Positions 1-7,797 of a DNA stretch of 36,450 bases are shown here, in pieces. This stretch comes from a virus. Its lineage: Duplodnaviria; Caudoviricetes. Below the pieces are notes generated by a model that saw nothing but the letters and a program-made list of their open reading frames with translations, had not been told where the DNA came from and ran no database searches. Numbering within the stretch: the first letter of the stretch is position 1; each line of letters starts with the position of its first letter. The DNA lies in the IMG/VR virus record IMGVR_UViG_3300032225_000356, positions 1 to 36,450 of that record; one strand, written 5' to 3'. The position numbers were made by a program, and so were the translations under genes.

Positions 1-123
1 ATTTAGCACAGAATCAAATCCAAATGGTTCAAACGGTGTTTCTGACTCAGGCTCCGCCGCTCGTTTCTTCTATTGCGCCAAAGCCAGCAAGCGTGATCGC
101 AATGAGGGGTTGGATGGGTTTGA
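1..123. repeat. Terminal direct repeat, copy 1 (circular assembly overlap)
   Basis: Identical to 36328-36450; lies inside the MTase coding sequence. Confidence 0.95.
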
Positions 124-448
124 AGTAAGGGGGAAAGTATTTAATGGGCAAAGTTCCACCCCTGCTGGAAATGCTGATGGCTCTGTTGAAGATAAATTTT
201 CAACATCACCATCAGCCAACTTTCACCCAACGGTTAAGCCAACAGAACTAATGCGTTACCTTGTGCGGTTAGTAACGCCACCAAACGGAACGGTGCTAGA
301 CCCTTTCATGGGTTCAGGTTCAACAGGTAAGGCGGCAATGCTTGAAGGCTTTAACTTTATAGGCTGTGAGTTGGACCTTGACTACATTGCCATTGCTAAA
401 GCCAGAATCAAATACGCTCTCACTCAACGGACAGAACAACTGTTCTAA
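1..448 (+). CDS. DNA methyltransferase (N6A/N4C, beta class), 3' part; continues from 35507 across the join
   Basis: The frame starting at base 2 is open (FSTESNPNG...ARFFYCAKASKRDR) and runs into HPTVKP...VLDPFMGSGSTG (SAM-binding motif I). It is in frame with ATG 35507. Confidence 0.93.
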   Translation, partial: FSTESNPNGSNGVSDSGSAARFFYCAKASKRDRNEGLDGFEVRGKVFNGQSSTPAGNADGSVEDKFSTSPSANFHPTVKPTELMRYLVRLVTPPNGTVLDPFMGSGSTGKAAMLEGFNFIGCELDLDYIAIAKARIKYALTQRTEQLF

Positions 449-462
449 CCCCAAGCCGCGCC

Positions 463-568
463 AAAAACCCTTATAAACAAAGGATAAAAAAACTTTCTCG
501 AAATGGCGTTTAATTGCTCAAAAGTACGGTAGCATTTAATTATTGGTCAAGGTGACCTGAAGGAGAAG
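463..568 (+). promoter_or_regulatory. Cassette header A: CCTT-N7-AAGG palindrome, AAATGGC, -10 TAGCAT (530-535), leader hairpin GGTC-AAGGT-GACC (545-557), SD GAAGGAG
   Basis: Aligns with 32298-32408, with the same spacing from AAATGGC onward. Confidence 0.7.
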
Positions 569-778
569 ATGAAAATGAAAACATTAAGTAATCTAGAATT
601 TCGCCAAAGAGTAGTTGCTACTTCATTGGTAAAAAACATCAGAGGTGCATCTGAAAGCCCATACGCAAACATTCGTTATGTGCATGAAGATACCATGTTA
701 AAAGATTTGCCTGTTGACGTAATGGAAACAATTATTGCGGCTCTTGCTCAGTATGTAGCAGCAGAGGTGAACGCATAA
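569..778 (+). CDS. Hypothetical small protein
   Basis: Strong SD (AAGGAG); TAATG coupling to the next gene. Confidence 0.75.
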   Translation: MKMKTLSNLEFRQRVVATSLVKNIRGASESPYANIRYVHEDTMLKDLPVDVMETIIAALAQYVAAEVNA

Positions 779-1071
779 TGAAACAAGTACCAACAACAGA
801 AAAAGTGCAAATCAAATGGTTTGTTTACTCAATGGGCGAGAAGTTTCCAAAGCAATCAGGTATGAGTGGCTTTAATGCTTTTGATGCTGCTTGCTCTTGC
901 GGTTGGGAATCTCGTACTGGCGGTGCAATCTACCGTTGCGTTAAAGAAGAAGTTGAACTTCACAAATCCATTAAACACAACTACGAGTGGGAATCAACAT
1001 ACACAAAGTCTTACATTGAAAAATTAGAAGCAAAAACAGGTTTTGTTTTTAATTTAAAGGTAGGTGCATAA
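778..1071 (+). CDS. Hypothetical protein with CxCGW...H putative Zn-binding motif
   Basis: ACSCGW motif; TAATG-coupled at both ends. Confidence 0.8.
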   Translation: MKQVPTTEKVQIKWFVYSMGEKFPKQSGMSGFNAFDAACSCGWESRTGGAIYRCVKEEVELHKSIKHNYEWESTYTKSYIEKLEAKTGFVFNLKVGA

Positions 1072-1373
1072 TGAGAACTCCAGCAGAGAAGGCTGCCGAT
1101 ACTCGCAGACACAACAAGGCTAACGCTGCATACGAAGCGCACATGGCTTCTTTTGATTCCGCTTACTACGGCTTTGCCGAAACTCTTTACCCAGAGCGCA
1201 ATGCAAAGATCGCTGCTGCTGAAGCAAGACTGGAACAAGCAAAGTTGCAGTACGAGCAAGAGCGCGAAGCAATCATGGCAGAGTTTGATAAGGCTATGGA
1301 GCCACATGATGTAATCCGCGATGCTGCAAGAAAAGAAGCATGGGCTATCTATGACGAAATTGCAGGTGCGTAA
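1071..1373 (+). CDS. Hypothetical coiled-coil protein
   Basis: Ala/Glu-rich helical sequence; TAATG-coupled. Confidence 0.8.
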   Translation: MRTPAEKAADTRRHNKANAAYEAHMASFDSAYYGFAETLYPERNAKIAAAEARLEQAKLQYEQEREAIMAEFDKAMEPHDVIRDAARKEAWAIYDEIAGA

Positions 1374-1462
1374 TGACTGAAACACCATGTCCAGAACATG
1401 ATGGTGGTTACGACTGCTCACCATTTTGCTCTACTTGTGAAGGCGATCAATTTATAAAATAA
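1373..1462 (+). CDS. 29-aa Cys/His microprotein (MTETPCPEHDGGYDCSPFCSTCEGDQFIK), not in the ORF track
   Basis: AGGTG SD plus TAATG overlap; 4 Cys and 1 His. Confidence 0.7.
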   Translation: MTETPCPEHDGGYDCSPFCSTCEGDQFIK

Positions 1463-1514
1463 ACAATTAAATAGAATTCTGGTTATGGATGTTTTGGAAA
1501 TTCGTAAACAGAAC

Positions 1515-1564
1515 AGGGAAGCCCACCACCAATTCCGTATGTTGCCGTGGTGGGTTTCCTTTAT
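1515..1564 (+). terminator. Probable intrinsic terminator
   Basis: GGGAAGCCCACCAC / GTGGTGGGTTTCCT stem followed by T-rich bases. Confidence 0.65.
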
Positions 1565-1578
1565 GTCCAAAAGTAAAA

Positions 1579-1594
1579 TAAACTAAAACCTATG
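1579..1594 (+). promoter_or_regulatory. Putative leaderless promoter for terS
   Basis: TAAACT (-10-like) 7 nt before an ATG with no SD; near-identical to 33117-33131. Confidence 0.5.
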
Positions 1595-2074
1595 GAAAAT
1601 AAAAAACTTCCAACTGGCAGACCAACTAAGTCTGCAAAGGTAGATACCTTGAAGCGCGAAACCCAAGTATTGGAACTGCGCTCTAAAGGTTGGACATGGC
1701 AACGTATTGCAGATCAAACTGGTTATGCAAATGCTTCAGCCGCATACAACGCTTTTGACAAAGCCATTAAGCGCACGATGCAACCAGCATCCGATGAAGT
1801 GCGAACCTTGGAACTTGAACGCCTAGATAGATTCCTTTCTTACCTATGGGCTGCGATTGAACAAGGCGACCCTGCTGCAATAGATCGTGGACTTAAGATC
1901 ATGGATAGGCGAGCCAAGTATTTAGGACTAGATGCACCAGTTAAACAGCAGGTAGAGATCACAACTTACGAAGGCGGTAGTGACATTGACCGAGAGATCG
2001 AGCGACTTGTCTCCTTACTTGAAGCGAATAACAGCGCGGCGAGTAATTTGGATGAAGCAACAGGCACGACATAA
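1592..2074 (+). CDS. terS: Terminase small subunit (HTH-containing)
   Basis: HTH-like LELRSKGWTWQRIADQTGY and C-terminal RRAKYLGLDAP; directly upstream of terL. Confidence 0.8.
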   Translation: MENKKLPTGRPTKSAKVDTLKRETQVLELRSKGWTWQRIADQTGYANASAAYNAFDKAIKRTMQPASDEVRTLELERLDRFLSYLWAAIEQGDPAAIDRGLKIMDRRAKYLGLDAPVKQQVEITTYEGGSDIDREIERLVSLLEANNSAASNLDEATGTT

Positions 2075-3368
2075 TCAAATCGAACCTGAAGGCAATTGGA
2101 AAACTTGGCTCATACTTTCAGGCCGTGGTTGGGGTAAGACTCGTACTGGTGCGGAATGGTTAGCGTGGCAAGCCATACACCAACCTAAGACCCGTTGGGC
2201 TGTACTAGCACCTACCTATGCAGATGCGCGCGATACTTGCGTAGAAGGTGATTCAGGGCTTCTAAAGGTGCTTAGGGATTATGGAGCATTACGCGAATCA
2301 AATGGTTGGAACCGATCTATCGGTGAATTGTTTTTAGCCAATGGTTCACGAATCAAATTGTTTTCAGCCGATGAACCAGAGCGACTTCGTGGGCCACAGT
2401 TTCATGGCGCATGGTTAGACGAACTTGCAGCGTTTAAATACCCAGAAGCCTACGATCAACTTCAGTTTGGTTTGCGCTTAGGCCAAGACCCTAGAGCAGT
2501 AATAACAACTACACCTAGACCAAAACCGTTAGTCCGAAGCCTGATAGCGCGTGAAGATGGAACCGTACACATTACACGCGGAGCCACGTTCGACAATGCA
2601 GCCAACCTTGCACCAGCAGCCTTGATCGAACTGCAAGCGCGTTATTCAGGCACACGACTTGGACGACAAGAACTCTACGGGGAACTGTTAGAGGACATTG
2701 AAGGCGCGTTATGGACGCAACAGAACTTAGACGAATGCCGTGTAGTCGAAGCACCAAAAGATATGCAGCGCGTAGTTATAGCCATTGACCCTGCCGTAAC
2801 TATGAATGAAAATTCAGATGAAACTGGCATAGTCGTAGCAGGTAAAAACTCTAAAGGTGAAGCCTTTATTATTGCTGACTACTCAATTAAAGCATCACCG
2901 CTTGATTGGGCTAAACGTGCAGTTGAAGCGTATAGAACTCACAATGCAGACGCGATTGTAGTTGAAGTTAACAATGGCGGCGACATGATTCCAGCCGTAA
3001 TTAAACAAGTAGACGCAAGTGTGTTTGTTAAACAAGTAAGAGCCACGCGCGGTAAGCAACTAAGAGCCGAACCTATTGCAGCCTTTTATGAACAAGGCCG
3101 TGTACACCATGTTGGTGTATTGGATAAGTTAGAAATGCAAATGACGACATGGACACCAGAAGACCCTAAATCTCCAGACCGACTTGATGCGCTCGTATGG
3201 GCTTGTACTGATCTACTCGACAATTCAAATCTAACAGGCTACTTGTCTAATCTGGCAGTATGGTGCGATAATTGCAGTCTACCTATGCCTAAGAACGCAC
3301 AGGCTTGTAGTAAGTGCGGAGCATCACTAACCGAGAGTGAAGCCCCACGACATCCGCTAGGGGTTTAA
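1980..3368 (+). CDS. terL: Terminase large subunit (start may be GTG 1980 or ATG 2052)
   Basis: Walker A GRGWGKT, Walker B WLDE, motif III TTTP, nuclease IAIDPA and SPDRLDA; C-terminal CxxC...CxxC. Confidence 0.96.
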   Translation: MTLTERSSDLSPYLKRITARRVIWMKQQARHNQIEPEGNWKTWLILSGRGWGKTRTGAEWLAWQAIHQPKTRWAVLAPTYADARDTCVEGDSGLLKVLRDYGALRESNGWNRSIGELFLANGSRIKLFSADEPERLRGPQFHGAWLDELAAFKYPEAYDQLQFGLRLGQDPRAVITTTPRPKPLVRSLIAREDGTVHITRGATFDNAANLAPAALIELQARYSGTRLGRQELYGELLEDIEGALWTQQNLDECRVVEAPKDMQRVVIAIDPAVTMNENSDETGIVVAGKNSKGEAFIIADYSIKASPLDWAKRAVEAYRTHNADAIVVEVNNGGDMIPAVIKQVDASVFVKQVRATRGKQLRAEPIAAFYEQGRVHHVGVLDKLEMQMTTWTPEDPKSPDRLDALVWACTDLLDNSNLTGYLSNLAVWCDNCSLPMPKNAQACSKCGASLTESEAPRHPLGV

Positions 3369-5411
3369 GTGGCAATTTGGAATCGTAAGCAAATTGATAA
3401 GGCGGCTCCCGTTTTACCTGCTGGTTCGCAAGTAACAAACTTTACCGCAGAAGAACTGCAAGGCATCGCAAGTCAGATGTACCAAATAGGTGTATTTGAA
3501 CCACTACCGCGTAATCCATTTCTTTCTGCTATTCCTTTTGGCCCATCCAATCCATTAAGCCCTAGCGCAATAAATCCAGTCAATGAAGATGGACACACAG
3601 AGCCGCGCCGATGGGAATACCCTGTTGCTTGGAACATCTTTGTTACCGAACAACGCCTAGTACCTTGGAAAGTTTTGCGCGTAGCCGCAGATCAAATAGA
3701 CATTATTCGCCGCTGTGTTGAAGTATCTAAATCAAAAATCTCTGGATTAAGTTGGGACATTTCGTTTAGCGAATCTGCATCCGAAATGGTTTCAGGCACA
3801 AGTGCTAAAGACCACGTTCAAGCCATGCAAGAAGCGCGCGACAAGTACAGCAAAGACATTGCTCGTATGCGCGAGTTCTGGACAACTCCAGATCGCATTA
3901 ACGGCCTTTCATTTAAAGACTGGTTAACAATGGTACTAGAAGAAGTTTTAGTTCTAGATGCTCTTGCCATTTACCCACATCCAGACATGAGTGGCGAACT
4001 ACACAGCCTTGAAATTCTAGACGGTTCAACCATTAAGCCATTGCTAGATGATCGCGGTATGCGTCCACAAAATCCATTTCCTGCTTACCAGCAAATGCTT
4101 TACGGATTCCCACGCGGAGAATTTATTGCATCTTCAGACGACCCAAATCAAGATGGCACATTCTCAAATGACGAACTTATTTATTCAATACGCAACCGCC
4201 GAACTTGGACACCATACGGTTACAGTCCAGTAGAACGATGCCTACCAATCGCAGACATTTACATTAAACGTCAACAATGGTTACGCGCAGAATTTACCGA
4301 TGGCGTTATGTCGGACATGATGCTTACTCCTGACAAAGATAGCAACTGGACTCCTGACTTGTTGCGCGCATACGAAAACATTATTAACGATGATCTTGCA
4401 GGACAGACAGAACAACGTCACCGCGCTCGCATCTTGCCACCAGGATTAACCCCGATTAACAACTACGGATTTAGCGAAAAGTTTAATCCAGCGTTTGACG
4501 AGTATTTGATTAAAGGTATTTGTGGACACTTCGGAGTTATGCCAACTGAAATTGGTTACACCGATGGCGGCGCACTAGGTGGAGCAGGACAACAAAACGG
4601 TGAAGCCGAATCTGCTACTTCCATTGGTATGACTCCACTTATCGGATGGCTAGAAGATTTAATTTCTGACATTAGTTATAAGTTCCTTGGTATGCCACGC
4701 GAACTTGTATTTAGTTTTGATGGTGGGCGCACAACTGAAACAACCGCTAACGCACAAAGGCGAGATATTGAAGTTAAAGGTGGACAGCGATCACTTAACG
4801 AAGCGCGCGCCGAAATGGGACTTCCGCTTATTGATTCACCTGAAGCCGATTCGCCTATTTTGGCCCTTGGCAAAGAACTGTATGTTGTAACTCCTGAAGG
4901 CATTGTTCCAGTTGGTGATGGTTCTACTCCTGCCGTACCTAACCTAACTGCACCAATTGAAGCACCAGTTGAAGAAGTTGATTCAACAGAAAAATCAGAA
5001 TCCATAAAAGTTGGACAGATGGTTTCTTGGAACTCAAGCGGTGGCAGAGCCGAAGGAAAAGTTACAAAGATTGTTAGGGACGGAAAGATAAACGTACCTA
5101 ATTCCAGTTTCACCATTACGGGAACAGAAGATGAACCAGCCGCTTTAATCAGGGTTTATAAAGACGGCAAGCCAACAGATACTTTAGTAGGCCACAAGTT
5201 AAACAGTTTAAATGTTGTGGGTTTTAAGTCAGATGAAGCAACTCAAGAAATTAAAGCATTTGTGAAGTGGGCTAAAAAGGGTAATTGTGATCGGGACTTT
5301 GAGTTCAAATCTATCGAGTCTTTTTATGCTGCAACTTTAAACCGCGCTGCTAAAGATGGTGACTTGTATTTAATTAAATCCATTTCAGAAGTTGCACTAA
5401 AAAAAGCATAA
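3369..5411 (+). CDS. Portal protein with C-terminal Tudor-like (DUF2945/Hva1-type) domain
   Basis: Follows terL; portal-like motifs YGYSPVE and SLNEARAEMGLP; VGQMVSWNSSGGRAEGKV domain at about 5001-5220. Confidence 0.92.
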   Translation: MAIWNRKQIDKAAPVLPAGSQVTNFTAEELQGIASQMYQIGVFEPLPRNPFLSAIPFGPSNPLSPSAINPVNEDGHTEPRRWEYPVAWNIFVTEQRLVPWKVLRVAADQIDIIRRCVEVSKSKISGLSWDISFSESASEMVSGTSAKDHVQAMQEARDKYSKDIARMREFWTTPDRINGLSFKDWLTMVLEEVLVLDALAIYPHPDMSGELHSLEILDGSTIKPLLDDRGMRPQNPFPAYQQMLYGFPRGEFIASSDDPNQDGTFSNDELIYSIRNRRTWTPYGYSPVERCLPIADIYIKRQQWLRAEFTDGVMSDMMLTPDKDSNWTPDLLRAYENIINDDLAGQTEQRHRARILPPGLTPINNYGFSEKFNPAFDEYLIKGICGHFGVMPTEIGYTDGGALGGAGQQNGEAESATSIGMTPLIGWLEDLISDISYKFLGMPRELVFSFDGGRTTETTANAQRRDIEVKGGQRSLNEARAEMGLPLIDSPEADSPILALGKELYVVTPEGIVPVGDGSTPAVPNLTAPIEAPVEEVDSTEKSESIKVGQMVSWNSSGGRAEGKVTKIVRDGKINVPNSSFTITGTEDEPAALIRVYKDGKPTDTLVGHKLNSLNVVGFKSDEATQEIKAFVKWAKKGNCDRDFEFKSIESFYAATLNRAAKDGDLYLIKSISEVALKKA

Positions 5412-5428
5412 GCCGTAGAGATGCGGCT
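5399..5428 (+). other. Candidate -1 frameshift signal (A AAA AAA plus GNRA-capped hairpin)
   Basis: Slippery heptamer 5399-5405, 5-nt spacer, AGCCGTA-GAGA-TGCGGCT hairpin 5411-5428; the -1 frame is the MuF frame. Confidence 0.6.
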
Positions 5429-5437
5429 AAAGCAAGG

Positions 5438-7009
5438 TTGATAGCACAAAACGCGATCATGGTTCAAGCGGCTATGCGCAAACAAGCGGATGCCGAAAAG
5501 ATAGCAAACAAATGGCTTGAGCATAATCTTGCAAAATCAATTACGCCAGAAGAAAGATCGTCTGCTCAATCATGGGCTGCAATAAATGTCCAGATAGATA
5601 ATTCAACATTAAACGAAGTCTTTTCTAAAATGTACGCTTCTGGTTATGCGTTCGGTATTGAAGATGCAAGAACAGAACTTTCTTCTTCCTACCAAATGGA
5701 TTGGGACTCTTGGAAAGCGGGAAACCCTGCTGCTGCATTGCTAGTTGACCCACCTAAAGGATTAGAAACTTTATTAAATCAAGCAAACGTAACCATTAAA
5801 GGCATAGACGAAAAAACACTAAATGACATTGGTTCTTCTTTGGCCTTGTCTTTATCAGATGGTTTAGGCGCAAGAGAAACCGCAAAAGCATTAGATAGAA
5901 TTCTAGATAATCCTGCTCGCTCTATGGTTATAGCGCGTACTGAAACTGCTCGCGCTTTAGTTCAATCAAACTTATCGGCATACAGAGATGCTGGAGTTAC
6001 AGAAATTGAATGGCTAGTAGGCGACCCAGAAGATGAAGATTGCCTTATGAACGATGGCGAAATAGTAACAATTGGCGATGCTTTTGCAAGTGGCGATACC
6101 GAACCACCAGTACATCCAAATTGCGTATGTGATGTAGCCCCAGTTATTTCAAATGAACCAGTTGATACTACTGATGAAAATGTAGACAACAATGACGAGA
6201 ATACAGACGTTACTGAAGTATCACCTGAAGGCGAAGATAATGTTATTCATGATGGTGTTGTAGATGAATCACCAATAACCACGCGCGAGCAGGAAATTGC
6301 TCGTACAGAGTTTATACCTGATAAATGGATTTCTTTAACATCTGAAGAAACTATCAATTATGAAGCATCACGTTTTTTAAACAATCCACGTTACGCAAAT
6401 TTGACTACAAGTGAATTAAAACAAATGGTTGTCGAAAGCGCGCCAATGAAACGATTTATTGAAAATGGTGAAATTCGCAAAAATGGCGATATTGTAGTTA
6501 AAGTCCATGATCTTAATGTTGCGGGTTTGACTAAAGAGATGATTGATAAATTACAAATTGCCGTACAAGACTTACAAACTAAATATCCTAAAGACCATTT
6601 AACAGTTCATGTTGGCGGTATGGCACATAAAAACGCTTATGGTGAAGCACATTTGGGCGATCATGACATACGTTTAAACCCAACTGAAACTATTGTTAAG
6701 GGTCAAGAACCTAACCTAGTTGAAGCGGGTAAATGGAAGATGCCTACCCTTGCTGAAGTTGATCGTTACCAATACACACTTGCCCATGAATGGGGTCATA
6801 CAATAGATTTAGCCAACCCGTGGCGCGCATCACGCGGACGTGAAATTGGTGTTTTAAAACGTAAGTATAAGGATGAATTTACAAGCGGTTATTCACAAAA
6901 AAACACAATGGAATTTTTTGCAGAAATGTTTGCTGAATGGCATTTATCAAAAGGTTCAACACCAAATTTATTAGTGCAAGCAATGGCAGAAAAATACGGG
7001 TGGAAGTAA
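5438..7009 (+). CDS. MuF (SPP1 gp7-like) head morphogenesis protein with C-terminal zincin metallopeptidase-like domain
   Basis: IARTETARA and PPVHPNCVC MuF motifs; acidic linker; HEWGH and EFFAE motifs. Confidence 0.9.
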   Translation: MIAQNAIMVQAAMRKQADAEKIANKWLEHNLAKSITPEERSSAQSWAAINVQIDNSTLNEVFSKMYASGYAFGIEDARTELSSSYQMDWDSWKAGNPAAALLVDPPKGLETLLNQANVTIKGIDEKTLNDIGSSLALSLSDGLGARETAKALDRILDNPARSMVIARTETARALVQSNLSAYRDAGVTEIEWLVGDPEDEDCLMNDGEIVTIGDAFASGDTEPPVHPNCVCDVAPVISNEPVDTTDENVDNNDENTDVTEVSPEGEDNVIHDGVVDESPITTREQEIARTEFIPDKWISLTSEETINYEASRFLNNPRYANLTTSELKQMVVESAPMKRFIENGEIRKNGDIVVKVHDLNVAGLTKEMIDKLQIAVQDLQTKYPKDHLTVHVGGMAHKNAYGEAHLGDHDIRLNPTETIVKGQEPNLVEAGKWKMPTLAEVDRYQYTLAHEWGHTIDLANPWRASRGREIGVLKRKYKDEFTSGYSQKNTMEFFAEMFAEWHLSKGSTPNLLVQAMAEKYGWK

Positions 7010-7509
7010 TGATTGATAACAACAAAGAAACTTGTGAACCGTCATACAATTTTAAACAAGAATTATTTAGCGATTTAATTAACTTAGCCGATTATTTTCC
7101 TGAAGCACAAAAAGAAATTGATCGGCGCATTGAAGAATTTAAACAACGCAAAACCACACCACAAGACAAAGCAATTAAATCTGATGGCTATGTTGCTACC
7201 GCAGGAATGAAAACTGCTGCACAGAGAGCAATAGATTGGCGCGAACAAGGCCATAAAGGTGGCACAGTAATTGGTGCAACTCGCGCACGACAAATTGTGT
7301 CAGGCGAAAAGATGTCAGACGAAACAGTTAAACGTATGTTTTCATTCTTTAGTCGTCACGAAGTAGATAAGAAAGCAACAGGTTTTAATTCAGGCGAAGA
7401 TGGATTTCCATCCGCAGGTAGGGTAGCATGGGATTTGTGGGGCGGTGACGCTGGCTTTAGTTGGTCGCGTCAAATTACCGAACGTCTTAAGCGAGAGGAA
7501 AAATCTTAA
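7009..7509 (+). CDS. Conserved-looking phage head-module protein of unknown function (true start probably ATG 7009)
   Basis: TAATG coupling at 7007-7011; motifs VKRMFSFFSRHE and GRVAWDLWGGDAG. Confidence 0.8.
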   Translation: MIDNNKETCEPSYNFKQELFSDLINLADYFPEAQKEIDRRIEEFKQRKTTPQDKAIKSDGYVATAGMKTAAQRAIDWREQGHKGGTVIGATRARQIVSGEKMSDETVKRMFSFFSRHEVDKKATGFNSGEDGFPSAGRVAWDLWGGDAGFSWSRQITERLKREEKS

Positions 7510-7787
7510 TGGCTTTAATACACACAAATTCGCAGGTGCAGACTACTGCAACCCTTATTGCTACAATTCCACAAACTATGCGATACACCGCTATTTCAAT
7601 TCAGAATGGTCATTCCTCTGCTATCTTTGTTGGCGATTCAACTATTACAACTTCTGGTGCAACCGCAGGTCACTCTATTGCCGCTGGTGGAACTTTCCAA
7701 CTATGGGTTAGTGCTGGCGATAAGGTTTATGCAATTTCGGCTGCCGCTACTGCTGCTGGTGCTGTTTCTGTTCTTTATTCTGCATAG
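7509..7787 (+). CDS. Small beta-rich putative virion protein
   Basis: TAATG-coupled; Ala/Thr/Ser-rich beta-strand pattern. Confidence 0.75.
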   Translation: MALIHTNSQVQTTATLIATIPQTMRYTAISIQNGHSSAIFVGDSTITTSGATAGHSIAAGGTFQLWVSAGDKVYAISAAATAAGAVSVLYSA

Positions 7788-7797
7788 GGGAAACTAA

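Noticed and set aside
110-448. Stand-alone truncated MTase or pseudogene
   Set aside because: It is the in-frame 3' end of the gene starting at 35507.
6937-7008. Listed upstream starts for ORFs 6937, 32677, 32919, 33304 and 25570
   Set aside because: Coupled or SD-supported downstream ATGs (7009, 32797, 32976, 33361, 25588) fit better.
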